The notes below the pieces were generated by a model. The model did no database searches. It worked only from the letters and a program-made list of their open reading frames with translations, and was not told the origin of the DNA. Positions 20,754 through 31,719 of a stretch of 64,000 bases of DNA are shown piece after piece. The stretch is from contig CAVQFQ010000010.1 of the NCBI GenBank assembly GCA_963711835.1, positions 167,301-231,300 of the forward strand. The letters run 5' to 3'. This DNA comes from an uncultured delta proteobacterium (GTDB lineage Bacteria > Desulfobacterota > RBG-13-43-22). Within the stretch, counting starts at the first letter, position 1, and every line of letters starts with the position of its first letter. The translations under genes were made by a program, and so were the position numbers.

Positions 20754-23348
20754 ATGCAAGAGCCTCTCCATAAAAAATATCTTCTTGAACAACGCCAGAA
20801 GCTGAGGGAAACGCACGACCAGGGAGAGGCCGGTCTGACGGTCGCGGGCCGGCATGCCGCCTTTCTCGATGTCTTCATTATTTCGATCTTCAACAGTGTT
20901 GAAGTGCGGACCCTGCTGGGTCTCGAAGGAGCGGAACAAGCCTGTGTGGTTTTGGGACTCGGCGGGTATGGACGAAAGGAACTGGCTCCCTTTTCCGATA
21001 TCGACCTGCTCTTTTTATATTCGGAAAAAATTGAATCCCAGGTAGAAGAGGTCATCCGGAAGATCCTCTACCCCCTTTGGGATGTGGGCTATGAACTGGG
21101 TTATACCGTTCAAACACTGGAGCACTGCTTGGAGATGGCCCGTTCCGACCCCTCTTTCCTAACCGCCCTGCTGGATGCCCGGCGGGTTACCGGAAGCACC
21201 GCTCTGGCCCAGTCCCTTAGGGCCCGGATCAATGCCCTGCTCAAGGATGGCCAGGGTCAACTCTGGCAGGCCTGGATCCTGAAAGAAGGGGAAAAGCGCC
21301 ACCGGCGCTATGGGGATTCGGCTTTCTTCCTGGAGCCGCATCTGAAGGAAGGCTTAGGGGGATTGCGGGACATCCATCTCCTGCTCTGGATGGGAAAATC
21401 CCTTTTTGAGGCCCCGGATATGTCCTCCCTGGAAAAGGCGGGCCTTCTTTCCCGGGAAGACCGCAAGGTCCTGGCTCAGTCTCATAATGTGCTCCTCCGT
21501 CTGCGAAACCAGCTTCATTACCTGACGGGCCGGAAAAACGACCGGCTTTCCTTCGAATATCAGGAGGCCATGGCGGACTGGGCGAAAGTTAAAAGCCTGG
21601 GGGATATCCTGCCCGTCGAGGTCTTCATGCGGGATGTCTATCAACATCTGCAGGGGGTCCAAATCATCCGGGAGAACTTTTTTGAACGGTTGGCGGAACT
21701 GAGACAGAAGGGAGAAAAACAGCGGGAGATCCTCGAACCGGGGATCTACCTCGAAGGGGACCGGCTCTACCTGGAATCGGCCCGGGTTCTTTTAGATCAT
21801 CCGGCCCTCCTAATGAAACTCTTTTGGTATGCTTTGAAAAAAGAGGTCCGGCTCAGCCAGGAGACCATCCGATTAATCAAACAATGCCTTTTCCTGGTGG
21901 ATGAACCCTTCCAGCGTTCCCGGGAGGTCAGCCGGATCTTTTTGGAGATCATCAGCGATCTAAAAACCACGCGCCCATTGCTGGAGACCATGCTGCAAAC
22001 CGGGTTGCTGACCCGTTACCTGCCCGAGTTTGAAGCCACGGTTTGCAGAACCCAATTTGATACCTACCATGTCTACACGGTAGATATTCATCTGCTCCTG
22101 ACCCTTTTGGAATTAAAAAAAATCGGCCAGGGAATTTACCTCAAGGAGGAACCCCTGATTTACGGGATCTGGGGCGAGGTCGAGGATTTTACTTCCCTGT
22201 ATCTGGCCGCTTTATTTCATGACTTGGGAAAAGGCCAGGGAAAAAATCATGCCCGGCAAGGAGCCTTGATGATTCCGGCGATAGCCGAAAGGTTGGGGCT
22301 TTCTTCCTCGGAGTCCGAAAAGGTGGCCTTCCTGGTGAAAGATCACCTGCTCCTGGTCGATACGGCCTTGCGCCGTGATCTGAATGACGAGGATCTCATC
22401 GTTCGCAGCGCCCAGATGATTAAAGACGCCGAAACCTTAAAGATGCTCACCCTGTTAAGTTATGCTGATGCTTTGGCCACCGGCAGCCGGGCCTGGAATA
22501 ATTGGAAATCGATGTTGGTCAAGGAATTGTTCTTTAAACTCCTTCATATTCTGGAAAAAGGAGAGGTGGCTTCCGGAATGGCCCTGGAAACCCTGGCTTC
22601 GTTGCAGAGGGAGATTCTGGAGCAGGTGGAAAAGGAAATCCCCCCAAAAGAAGCCCGGATGCTTCTGGAGGGCATGCCGACGGGCTACTTGCTTTCCCTG
22701 CCGGCCGCCTCCATTGCCCGGCACTTGCGATTGCTGCGGCAGTTGGACGGAAAACCTTTTCTCTGGGCCGTTGAAAAAAAGGAGGAGATCTATGAACTGT
22801 TTATCTGCTGCCACGATCGCCCGGGCCTCTTTTCCAGGCTCACGGGAGTCCTGAGCTTAAACCATATCAATATTCTGGGGGCCCAGATTTTTACCCGTTC
22901 GGACCGGATTGCCCTGGATATTTTTCAGGTTCAGCCGCCCTTGGATCCCCTTTTTGAGGAAGAGACCTGGGAGAAGGTCCATGAGCAGCTCTTAAAGGCC
23001 ATTCAGGGCAAACTCTCTCTGGATTATCGCCTGGCTCAGAAAAAACCCGGTTTGCAACTTACCTCGGGGCCGAAAACGCAGGCTGAGAGCCAGGTGGTGA
23101 TTGATAATCAGGGTTCCGATTTTTATACCATCCTGGAGATCTATTCCCAGGACCGATTGGGATTGCTCTACACCATTACCAAGACCCTCTTCGAGATCGA
23201 ATTGAATATTCATTATGCCAAAATATCCACCAAGGTGGACCAGGTGGTGGATGTTTTTTATGTGGCCGACCTGGAAGGTCAAAAAATTTGGGATGAAGAA
23301 CGCATGGAAGAAGTTAAGAAAGCGATTCTATTTGCATTAAAATCATAA
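20754..23348 (+). CDS. glnD: [protein-PII] uridylyltransferase
   Basis: [36 protein letters not shown] domain, two ACT domains; start uncertain (20688 or 20754). Confidence 0.95.
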   Translation: MQEPLHKKYLLEQRQKLRETHDQGEAGLTVAGRHAAFLDVFIISIFNSVEVRTLLGLEGAEQACVVLGLGGYGRKELAPFSDIDLLFLYSEKIESQVEEVIRKILYPLWDVGYELGYTVQTLEHCLEMARSDPSFLTALLDARRVTGSTALAQSLRARINALLKDGQGQLWQAWILKEGEKRHRRYGDSAFFLEPHLKEGLGGLRDIHLLLWMGKSLFEAPDMSSLEKAGLLSREDRKVLAQSHNVLLRLRNQLHYLTGRKNDRLSFEYQEAMADWAKVKSLGDILPVEVFMRDVYQHLQGVQIIRENFFERLAELRQKGEKQREILEPGIYLEGDRLYLESARVLLDHPALLMKLFWYALKKEVRLSQETIRLIKQCLFLVDEPFQRSREVSRIFLEIISDLKTTRPLLETMLQTGLLTRYLPEFEATVCRTQFDTYHVYTVDIHLLLTLLELKKIGQGIYLKEEPLIYGIWGEVEDFTSLYLAALFHDLGKGQGKNHARQGALMIPAIAERLGLSSSESEKVAFLVKDHLLLVDTALRRDLNDEDLIVRSAQMIKDAETLKMLTLLSYADALATGSRAWNNWKSMLVKELFFKLLHILEKGEVASGMALETLASLQREILEQVEKEIPPKEARMLLEGMPTGYLLSLPAASIARHLRLLRQLDGKPFLWAVEKKEEIYELFICCHDRPGLFSRLTGVLSLNHINILGAQIFTRSDRIALDIFQVQPPLDPLFEEETWEKVHEQLLKAIQGKLSLDYRLAQKKPGLQLTSGPKTQAESQVVIDNQGSDFYTILEIYSQDRLGLLYTITKTLFEIELNIHYAKISTKVDQVVDVFYVADLEGQKIWDEERMEEVKKAILFALKS

Positions 23349-23365
23349 TTAAGGAGGAAAGACCA

Positions 23366-24778
23366 ATGACCCCGAAAGAAGTACTGGCATTTGCCCAGAA
23401 AAACAAGGCCAAGATGGTGGATGTAAAATTCCTGGATTTCCCGGGGATCTGGCAACACTTCAGCGTCCCTCTCCACGAATTGGATGAAGATTCCTTTGAG
23501 AGCGGCTACGGTTTTGACGGTTCCAGCATCCGCGGCTGGCAGCCTATTCATGCCAGTGACATGCTGGTGATCCCCGACCCGGACACGGCCGTTATGGATC
23601 CTTTCATGGCCATTCCGACCCTGAGCCTGATCTGCAATGTGGTGGATCCCATCACCAAAGAGGCCTACAGCCGGGACCCGCGGAATATCGCCCGGAAGTG
23701 CGAAAACTATTTAAAGTTCACCGGTCTGGCGGATACGGCCTATTTTGGACCGGAGGCCGAATTTTTTATCTTCGATGATATCCGCTACGACGGCGGGGCC
23801 CATTTTGCTTTTTACCAGATTGATTCGGTGGAAGGCGTTTGGAACAGCGGCCGGGATGAATCGCCCAACTTGGGCTATAAACCGCGGCATAAGGAAGGCT
23901 ATTTCCCGGTTTCCCCCACCGACAGCCAGCAGGATCTGCGAACCGAAATGGTGCTGGTTATGGAGCAGATCGGGATGGAAATCGAGTGCCAGCACCATGA
24001 GGTGGCCACCGCCGGCCAGGCTGAGATCGACATGAAGTTTCAACCCCTGGTCCGGATGGGGGACCAATTGATGTGGTTTAAATACATCATAAAAAATGTT
24101 GCCAAGAAGCATAATAAGACCGTCACTTTTATGCCCAAGCCCTTATTTGCCGACAACGGTTCGGGCATGCATACCCATGTCAGTCTTTGGAAGGGAGGCA
24201 AGCCCCTCTTTGCCGGCGACAAGTATGCCGGTCTCAGCCAGGAGGCCCTTTATGGCGCCGGCGGGATTTTGAAGCATGCCAAGGCCCTCTGTGCCTTTAC
24301 CAACCCGACCACCAATTCCTATAAGCGGCTGGTCCCCGGGTTCGAGGCCCCGGTAAACCTGGCCTATTCCAGCCGGAATCGGAGTGCCGCCATCCGGATA
24401 CCCATGTATTCGGCTTCTCCCAAGGCCAAGCGCCTGGAGTTCCGGACCCCGGATCCCTCCTGCAACGGCTACCTGGCCTTTTCGGCCATCCTGATGGCCG
24501 TCATTGACGGGATCGAGAACCGGATCGATCCGGGCGAACCTCTGGACAAGGATATTTACGGCCTCAGCCCTGAGGAACTGGCCCATGTCCCCTCGGCTCC
24601 GGGATCTCTGGAAGAAGCCTTAAATGCCCTGAAAGCGGATCACGAATTTCTGCTGCGGGGTGATGTCTTTACCCCGGATGTGCTCGAAAAATGGATTGAA
24701 TACAAAATCGAAGGAGAGGTCAATCCGGTGCGGTTACGACCCCATCCTCATGAATTTATGCTTTATTTTGATATCTAA
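23366..24778 (+). CDS. glnA: glutamine synthetase type I (adenylylatable)
   Basis: [34 protein letters not shown]. Confidence 0.97.
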   Translation: MTPKEVLAFAQKNKAKMVDVKFLDFPGIWQHFSVPLHELDEDSFESGYGFDGSSIRGWQPIHASDMLVIPDPDTAVMDPFMAIPTLSLICNVVDPITKEAYSRDPRNIARKCENYLKFTGLADTAYFGPEAEFFIFDDIRYDGGAHFAFYQIDSVEGVWNSGRDESPNLGYKPRHKEGYFPVSPTDSQQDLRTEMVLVMEQIGMEIECQHHEVATAGQAEIDMKFQPLVRMGDQLMWFKYIIKNVAKKHNKTVTFMPKPLFADNGSGMHTHVSLWKGGKPLFAGDKYAGLSQEALYGAGGILKHAKALCAFTNPTTNSYKRLVPGFEAPVNLAYSSRNRSAAIRIPMYSASPKAKRLEFRTPDPSCNGYLAFSAILMAVIDGIENRIDPGEPLDKDIYGLSPEELAHVPSAPGSLEEALNALKADHEFLLRGDVFTPDVLEKWIEYKIEGEVNPVRLRPHPHEFMLYFDI

Positions 24779-24784
24779 AAAGGT

Positions 24785-24815
24785 TCCATCCGGAAATCTG
24801 TGATTTCCGGATGGA
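24785..24815 (+). other. perfect 14-bp stem-loop between glnA and glnE (mRNA stabiliser or attenuator)
   Basis: TCCATCCGGAAATC-TGT-GATTTCCGGATGGA, with no U-tract. Confidence 0.6.
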
Positions 24816-24884
24816 GCGTTCAGCTGTCAGCGAAAAACGAACAGGCGAACCCTTAAATCCCGGACCCCTCGGATCCTATGGTTT

Positions 24885-27785
24885 ATGTCTCAAGAAGGTC
24901 ACCAACTTCTATCCAGAGTCAAGGCCTTTTCTCCCTACCTTACCCAGGTGATGCGTCGGCATCCCGCCCTCGTCCGGGATCTATTTGACCAGGACGGCTA
25001 CCGGGAGAAAAGGTCTCCTGCCCAGCTTTCTCAAAGATTAAAAGAACGGCTTGCCGGTGTTAGGGATTTCCAGGGCTTCTGTCTTCTGTTGCGCCATTTT
25101 AAACAGGAAGAGATCCTGAGGATCGCTATCCGGGATCTGGGCGGATTGGCTGGTCTCAAAGAAACTACCGGTGAACTTTCAGCCCTGGCCCAGGTCTGTT
25201 TGGCGAATTCGGTTTCCTTTTGTTCCCGGGACCAGGCCGGCTTCAAATCCGGCCCCCTGTTTTCCCGGAGCATAGAAGAAGGGCTGGTCATTCTGGGGCT
25301 GGGAAAGTTGGGCGGAGAAGAGCTGAACTTCAGTTCCGATATTGACCTGATCGTTCTTTTTCATCCGGCCGCCGCCTGGCCGGTCTCAGCCCTTGAACAG
25401 AAAGAGGTTGCCCAAATCCTGACCAAACGGGTTATCCAGGCTATGGGGGCCCAGATCGAAGGAGACCATGTCTTTCGGGTTGACCTTGGACTCCGGCCCG
25501 GCGGTAAGGATTCGGAATTGGTCATTTCCTTAGAGTCGGCCCTGGACTATTATCAGAACGAAGCCAGGACTTGGGAAAGGCTGGCCTTGATTAAAGCCCG
25601 TCCCCTTGCCGGGAACCCGGCTCTGGGGAATCTCTTTTTGAAAGAAGTCCAGCCCATTATTTACCGTAAGTTTGTCGATTATACGGTCCTGGCCGATATC
25701 CGCTCCATGAAACAAAAGATCCTGGCCGAAACGCAATCCCATTTGCTTAGAGGGGACGACATAAAGCTCGGTCCGGGAGGAATTCGGGAGATCGAATTTA
25801 TCATTCAGTCCCTGCAGATGATTTTTGGAGGCCGTCTGCCGGCCCTTCGGGAAAAAAATTCCCTGAAGGCCTTAATTAAATTACAGAAGGCCCAGATCCT
25901 TCCAAAAGAAGAATTCCAGCAGCTCCGAAAGGCGTATACCTTCCTGCGGACCCTGGAACACCGGTTGCAAATGGTGCATCAGCAGCAGACCCATAGCCTT
26001 CCACGGGACCCTCAAGAGTTGGAGTGTATAGCCAAAGAGATGCCCTTGAAGTGGCAACGGGGACTGCTGACGGCCAAAGAAATTACCGGGGAATTGGATC
26101 GGGTCCGAAAAAAGGTCAGGATAGCCTTTGATAATCTTCTCCTGGCTCAGAACAGCGTCTCTATGGAAAAGGTGGCCGCTTTAGTACACTCCCCTTTGGA
26201 ACCGGAAGAGCGGGAAAGGGAGTTGAAGGCCTTAGGTTTTCAAAAGGGTGGCCCTATTCAGGAAATAATCCATTCCTGGCGGGGGCGGCTGGCCTCTTCC
26301 AGCGCCAGGGAAAAAGTCTTTCTGACAAAATTATTTCCCCTTCTTTTAGGCTTTTCTTTACAAACCGTGAATCCGGACCAAAGCCTTCTATTGGCGGATC
26401 GATTTCTTCGCAGCGTCGGGGGCCGAACCGGCATCCTGGCCATGCTCCTGGAAAGGACCGCCCTGGCCAAGGAGATCATGGATCTTTTTGCCCGGAGCGC
26501 CATGTTAGGCCGCCTGTTCGTTCAAAATCCCGACATGATGGATCATCTGGTTCTTAAAAGAACGCTCGCCGGGCCTGCCCTGGAGGAACATCCTGCTTTA
26601 TCAGTAAAAATGAGGGAACGGGGGAAGGACTTGGAAGACCGTCTGTCCTGGTTGAGGCGGTGGAAAAGCGAGCAGTTTCTGGAAATCGCTTTGGAGGAAA
26701 TCTCGGGGAGAATTTCCGCTTCCGAAGCCTCGGAAAGGCTTTCCACCTTAGCCGATCACGTCCTGTCGGAAACAACCAGGTTGGCTGAAGAAACGTTGAA
26801 CCAGGAAGTCATTCACCCTATCTATCCCGATCATTCGGCTTCCCCGCCTCCTTCTCCTTTCTGCGTTTTGGGATTGGGAAAATTAGGAGGGCGGGAATTG
26901 GGGTATACCTCGGATCTCGATTTGATTTTTGTCTATTCCTTAAAAACGCCCTTTCTATCCGAGTCCAGAAAACCCCCTTCACCGGGGAGGGGCCGGGATG
27001 GGAAAAAATGGATTACCTACCATGAATACCTGGTCAAGTTAGCCCAGCGGCTTATTTCCTATCTCTCTTTGCCGTTGAAAGAAGGGGCCGGCTATGCGAT
27101 CGATACCCGGCTCCGGCCTTCGGGGAGTTTCGGACCCCTGATCGTTTCTTTGGATGCCTTTCGAGAGTATTACCGGGGGCAGGCCCAGAACTGGGAAAAA
27201 CAGGCCCTTCTAAAGGCCCGAATCATGGTCGGGTCGCCCAACCTCAGTCGTCAAGTTCAGGAGACCGTGGCCAGGATTCTTTATGAAACGCCGCCGCCCT
27301 CTCAGGTTCGGGAGGAAATGGCCCATGTTCGGTCCCGCATGGAAAAAGAACGTTCCGGGGAGGGGTCGGGCCGTTTCAATCCCAAGTTAGGATTCGGCGG
27401 GTTGACCGATATTGAATTTTTGGTCCAATTTCTTCAGTGGACCCATGGGCCGGCCTTTCCCGATTTGAGAAAAACAAATACCCTGCAGGCCTTAAAGTCC
27501 CTGAGCAACAACGGTCTGCTGTCCGATGAAACCCATTTGCAGTTGCAGGAAGCTTACCAATTTCTGACCACCCTGGATCATGGGCTTCAGCTTTTGTTTG
27601 ACCGGAAGGGAGATGCCCGCACCTACGACCCTGAGGAACTGAAGCAGTTGGTCGATCTGAATGTAATGGGCCTGGGAAATCCGACTCTTTTGTCCTGGGA
27701 TATGGTCTCTCATTATGAAAAAGTGCGCCGCAACGTCCGTTCCATTTTCAAGGCCGTTTTTTCCGGCCAGGCCCAGGCCGTTTAG
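24885..27785 (+). CDS. glnE: glutamine synthetase adenylyltransferase/adenylyl-removing enzyme
   Basis: Two GLGKLGG.EL..SD.DL nucleotidyltransferase domains, WER/WEK, KLG.GG. Confidence 0.95.
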   Translation: MSQEGHQLLSRVKAFSPYLTQVMRRHPALVRDLFDQDGYREKRSPAQLSQRLKERLAGVRDFQGFCLLLRHFKQEEILRIAIRDLGGLAGLKETTGELSALAQVCLANSVSFCSRDQAGFKSGPLFSRSIEEGLVILGLGKLGGEELNFSSDIDLIVLFHPAAAWPVSALEQKEVAQILTKRVIQAMGAQIEGDHVFRVDLGLRPGGKDSELVISLESALDYYQNEARTWERLALIKARPLAGNPALGNLFLKEVQPIIYRKFVDYTVLADIRSMKQKILAETQSHLLRGDDIKLGPGGIREIEFIIQSLQMIFGGRLPALREKNSLKALIKLQKAQILPKEEFQQLRKAYTFLRTLEHRLQMVHQQQTHSLPRDPQELECIAKEMPLKWQRGLLTAKEITGELDRVRKKVRIAFDNLLLAQNSVSMEKVAALVHSPLEPEERERELKALGFQKGGPIQEIIHSWRGRLASSSAREKVFLTKLFPLLLGFSLQTVNPDQSLLLADRFLRSVGGRTGILAMLLERTALAKEIMDLFARSAMLGRLFVQNPDMMDHLVLKRTLAGPALEEHPALSVKMRERGKDLEDRLSWLRRWKSEQFLEIALEEISGRISASEASERLSTLADHVLSETTRLAEETLNQEVIHPIYPDHSASPPPSPFCVLGLGKLGGRELGYTSDLDLIFVYSLKTPFLSESRKPPSPGRGRDGKKWITYHEYLVKLAQRLISYLSLPLKEGAGYAIDTRLRPSGSFGPLIVSLDAFREYYRGQAQNWEKQALLKARIMVGSPNLSRQVQETVARILYETPPPSQVREEMAHVRSRMEKERSGEGSGRFNPKLGFGGLTDIEFLVQFLQWTHGPAFPDLRKTNTLQALKSLSNNGLLSDETHLQLQEAYQFLTTLDHGLQLLFDRKGDARTYDPEELKQLVDLNVMGLGNPTLLSWDMVSHYEKVRRNVRSIFKAVFSGQAQAV

Positions 27786-27998
27786 CCGGGGGAAGGCTAG
27801 CCCCTTGTTCCCCCTGACCTTCGTACTCGGTCGCACTCGATCCTTCCTTCCCCCGCCTGTTTCTTATGGTTAGCCCTACCAGGGGCCTCCGAAAGGGACG
27901 GGCCAAACCCTATTAGTCTGAAAACGGATAGAACATTTGCCCCCGTTCCGAAAATGTGGTAGATAAAGACCTAATCACTTATGATATGAGGAGGGGCT

Positions 27999-29327
27999 AT
28001 GAATTGCCGAACTGCAGAAGATGTGCTTCGTCTGGTTAAAGAAAAAAATATTAGTTTTATCCAGTTTTGGTTTACCGATATTTTGGGATTGTTAAAGAGT
28101 TTTGCAGTCACTCCCTCCGAATTAGAGGAAGGCCTGACCGAGGGGATGGGGTTTGACGGATCTTCGATCGAGGGGTTTGCCAGGATCGAAGAATCCGATA
28201 TGATCGCCAAACCCGACCCGGCGACTTTCCAGTTGATTCCCTGGAGATCAGGGGAAAAACCGGTGGCCCGCCTGTTCTGCGATATCCTTCAGCCGGATGG
28301 GACCCCGTATCCGGGCGACCCCCGCTATGCCTTCAAAAGACTTCTGAGCAAGGCTCGGGAGAAGGGCTATACTTTTCTGGTAGGGCCGGAATTGGAATAT
28401 TTCTATTTTAAGGACCATGCCAACACCGAACCTCTGGATCTGGGGGGATATTTCGACTCCCGGCCCATGGATCTGGGAGGGGACCTGAGACGGGAGACCA
28501 TTTTTGCCCTCCAATCCATGGGAATCAGGGTGGAATACAGCCATCACGAGGTGGCCCCCAGCCAGCACGAGATCGATTTGCGATATGCCGAGGGATTGCA
28601 GATGGCCGATATCACCATGACCTATCGGGTGGTGGTAAAAGAGGTAGCCCGGGGCAAGGGGGCCTACGCCACCTTTATGCCCAAACCGATTTTCGGTCAA
28701 AACGGAAGCGGCATGCATACCCATCAATCCCTCTTCCTCGGGGACAAGAACGCCTTTTTTAATCCCGGGGATCCCTATCATCTGTCCGAAATCGCCAAAT
28801 GCTATATCGCCGGCTTAATGCGCCATGCCCGGGAGATGACGGCCATCAACAACCAATGGGTCAATTCCTATAAACGGCTGGTGCCGGGTTATGAAGCCCC
28901 GGTTTATGTCTCCTGGGCCAGGAGAAACCGATCGACCATGATCCGGGTTCCCATGTACAAACCGGGCAAGGAAAAGGCCACCCGGATTGAATTTCGTTCC
29001 CCCGATCCGGCCTGCAATCCCTATTTATGCTTTGCTGTGCAGTTGGCGGCCGGTCTGGCCGGTGTAGAAGGGAAGTACCCTCTGCCGGACCCTATAGAGG
29101 AAGATATTTTTGAAATGAGCCCCAGGAAACGAGAGCAGCGTGGAATTCAGTCCCTGCCGGGAAACCTTTATGAGGCCCTGGGGGAGGTCAAGAAAAGCAC
29201 CCTGGTCCGGGAGGCCCTGGGCGACCATATTTTCAACCAGTTCGTGGCGAACAAAGAGATTGAGTGGGACCGCTACCGTACCCATGTCAGCCGGTTTGAA
29301 ATTGAAAAATATCTGCCCATTTTATAG
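27999..29327 (+). CDS. second glutamine synthetase family protein (short GSI-alpha-like)
   Basis: FDGSSIEG, HHEVAPSQHE, NGSGMH, PGYEAP; 442 aa. Confidence 0.9.
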   Translation: MNCRTAEDVLRLVKEKNISFIQFWFTDILGLLKSFAVTPSELEEGLTEGMGFDGSSIEGFARIEESDMIAKPDPATFQLIPWRSGEKPVARLFCDILQPDGTPYPGDPRYAFKRLLSKAREKGYTFLVGPELEYFYFKDHANTEPLDLGGYFDSRPMDLGGDLRRETIFALQSMGIRVEYSHHEVAPSQHEIDLRYAEGLQMADITMTYRVVVKEVARGKGAYATFMPKPIFGQNGSGMHTHQSLFLGDKNAFFNPGDPYHLSEIAKCYIAGLMRHAREMTAINNQWVNSYKRLVPGYEAPVYVSWARRNRSTMIRVPMYKPGKEKATRIEFRSPDPACNPYLCFAVQLAAGLAGVEGKYPLPDPIEEDIFEMSPRKREQRGIQSLPGNLYEALGEVKKSTLVREALGDHIFNQFVANKEIEWDRYRTHVSRFEIEKYLPIL

Positions 29328-29397
29328 GCCCTCAAATTTTTATGGTATGGGCCTCTTGGGGCATAAAGTTTGGGTGGGTCCTGAAGTTGCGTGATGC

Positions 29398-29622
29398 TTA
29401 TATCAAAGAGTTGGTCTCGTTGTGTAAAAAGGGGACAGATTTATTTTTTGAATTCCTTGGCCTTCCTTGCCCCCGAAGCTCTACCCGTTTTTCAATTTTC
29501 TGCTCAATCTCATCAATAAACCGTAAACTACCGGTCAACTGTCCCCGCTGGAGCGACTTTCGAATCAATTCCCATTCTCCCTCGGGGACTGTTCCCTTTA
29601 TCCAATCCGCATATCTTTCCAT
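29398..29622 (-). mobile_element. C-terminal fragment of a REP-associated/IS200-like tyrosine transposase
   Basis: IRKSLQRGQLTGS.RF..IE..RGQGRPR followed by NKSVPF (AAATAAATCTGTCCCC), recalled as a typical RAYT-like 3' end; no catalytic HUH part. Confidence 0.6.
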
Positions 29623-29644
29623 TCGCGTATCTATATTAAGGACC

Positions 29645-30568
29645 TCATTTCATCGGTCGTGAGGGAAATCCGGCCTGTTCAATAATTTCGGGGATCTTTT
29701 CCTCGTTGCCGATGGACATGATGTGGACCCCTTTCACGCCCTTTATCTGTCGGAGCGATTTCATCAGTTCAACACAGATACGTATGCCTTCGGACTGCTG
29801 CTTGTCTTCGGGCATTGACTTCAACCTGTCCATAATATTATCCGGGATATTAATTCCTGAAACCCGATCCCTCAGATATTCAGCCATTTTGAGGGACTTC
29901 AAGGCGGCCACACCGGCTAGAATCGGTACCTGATCAATCAATCCGGCTTCTTCCACCCTGGTCATCCATCTCTGGAAGGCTTCAGTATCAAAGACAGGCT
30001 GGGTTTGGATAAAGTCAGCGCCGGCCGCGACTTTATTTTGGAAACGGATAATATGGAGATCAAGATTTTTCATAAAGGGATTGGCAACGCCTCCGATAAA
30101 GAATTTCGGCTGCCCGGTTATTTTTTTTCCGTTTAACAGGACACCTTGATCCCGAATTCGCTTTACGGTTTCAATCCATTGGCTGGAGTCAAGATCAAAG
30201 ACCTTATTGGCCTCGGGATGGTCACCCTTGGAGGGATGATCGCCGGTCAGGCAGAGCACGTTTTGAATTCCCAGGGCAGCGGCCCCCAACAAGTCGCTCT
30301 GGAGGGCCAGGCGGTTTCGATCCCGCATGCTCTGTTCCAGAATTGGCTCCAGGCCGGAATCCAGTAAAAGCTTGGAAAAAACCAGGCTGGACATCCTTAC
30401 GTTTGAATTCGGGTTGTCATTGACATTGACGGCATCGACCTTGCCTTTTAGTCTATCGGCCATCTCTGATATTCGACCGACTTCGACCCCTCGCGGCGGA
30501 GTGAATTCACAGGTAATGGCAAACTGCCCCTGTGACAAGGCCTGTTGTAATCGGGTTTCTGCTATCAT
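29645..30568 (-). CDS. metF: methylenetetrahydrofolate reductase MetF subunit
   Basis: TCEFTPPRG, RDRNRLALQSDLLGA, LCLTGD, GADFIQTQ. Confidence 0.92.
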   Translation of the reverse strand: MIAETRLQQALSQGQFAITCEFTPPRGVEVGRISEMADRLKGKVDAVNVNDNPNSNVRMSSLVFSKLLLDSGLEPILEQSMRDRNRLALQSDLLGAAALGIQNVLCLTGDHPSKGDHPEANKVFDLDSSQWIETVKRIRDQGVLLNGKKITGQPKFFIGGVANPFMKNLDLHIIRFQNKVAAGADFIQTQPVFDTEAFQRWMTRVEEAGLIDQVPILAGVAALKSLKMAEYLRDRVSGINIPDNIMDRLKSMPEDKQQSEGIRICVELMKSLRQIKGVKGVHIMSIGNEEKIPEIIEQAGFPSRPMK

Positions 30569-31239
30569 AATGTCAGGTCCTCCCTGATTATTTTTCGGGG
30601 ACCTCCCGAAAGGCTGGTGGACCAGTCCTTAGCGCTGCGGATCGTTTTAAGAGACTCAATCGTGCCCAAAGTCTTCATCCGGACATAGATCTGTTCCCAA
30701 ATACACGGTCTGTCCTTATTAACCTCGCACATTCCGTCTTCCGATCCACCGCAGGGACCGTTAGAAAGGTTTTTGGCACAACGGGTGACCGGACACAATC
30801 CACCGAAATAATGAATGTTGCAATTTCCGCAGGCAGCGCAATATTCTTCCCAGATACCATGCTGCACGGTTCCACCCATAAAGCTGGTATTCAAACCGGG
30901 ATAGACAGGAAGGTCCTTAAAGGTCTCGGCAATATACTGAGGGCCGATGCTGCAGGCCAGGGATATAACGGCTTCATAATTGTTTTTATTCAGGGATTCC
31001 TCAAGCCAGGTAATAAATTCCGGCTCACATTGGCGATCGAGGGTCATCTCGTCGACCGTGATCGGATTACCCTGTTTCCGCCGGGCCAGCCTGAGGGCGG
31101 CGGACAGGATGGCCACCTCTTTTTTCCCACCGGCATTACAAACCGTAACACATCCTTTGCAGCCGACCATCAGTATCTTGTGATAAGGGGCTACCATGGC
31201 CAGAAGCTCCTGGACCGGTTTGCGTTCAGCAACAATCAT
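30565..31239 (-). CDS. metV: MTHFR Fe-S subunit MetV
   Basis: MIVAERKP, GCKGC..C, CAACGNC, CPVTRCAK.L.NGPCGG, C.W. Confidence 0.9.
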   Translation of the reverse strand: MIVAERKPVQELLAMVAPYHKILMVGCKGCVTVCNAGGKKEVAILSAALRLARRKQGNPITVDEMTLDRQCEPEFITWLEESLNKNNYEAVISLACSIGPQYIAETFKDLPVYPGLNTSFMGGTVQHGIWEEYCAACGNCNIHYFGGLCPVTRCAKNLSNGPCGGSEDGMCEVNKDRPCIWEQIYVRMKTLGTIESLKTIRSAKDWSTSLSGGPRKIIREDLTL

Positions 31240-31687
31240 GGTTCTCTCCTTTATTGGGTGTCTGCCGATTTTCCCTCGGCCGGCCGATACCAGGACCTAA
31301 CTCGCGTATCCTTTCGGTTACCATTCGGGCGACCTGGGCGAACTTGGGAGCATCCGAGGCGGCAATATTAAACATCTGTACCCGGTCCGGCTCGATTCCC
31401 ATCTCCTCCAACAGGCGACGGACATAGGCCGCCCGTTTTTTAGCTTTAAAGTTGCCGGTTTCGAAATGGCAGTCCCCTTCCATACAGCCGGCGATAAAGA
31501 CCCCATCGGCGCCTTTTTCCAGGGCCCGAATCAGATGAAGCGGGTCGACCCTTCCCGAACAGGGAACCAGGATGATCTTTACGTTAGCCGGATAGCTCAT
31601 CCGGATGGATCCAGCCAGGTCGGCCGCCGCATATGAGCAGTAATTGCAGCAAAAAGCTATAATTTGTGGTTCAAAGGGTTCAGTCAT
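31226..31687 (-). CDS. mvhD: MvhD/FlpD [2Fe-2S] subunit
   Basis: AFCCNYCSYAAADLAG, VPCSGRVD, GCMEGDCH. Confidence 0.92.
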   Translation of the reverse strand: MTEPFEPQIIAFCCNYCSYAAADLAGSIRMSYPANVKIILVPCSGRVDPLHLIRALEKGADGVFIAGCMEGDCHFETGNFKAKKRAAYVRRLLEEMGIEPDRVQMFNIAASDAPKFAQVARMVTERIRELGPGIGRPRENRQTPNKGENHDCC

Positions 31688-31719
31688 TTTTTACCATTCC
31701 CAAAAACACCGTTTTCCTC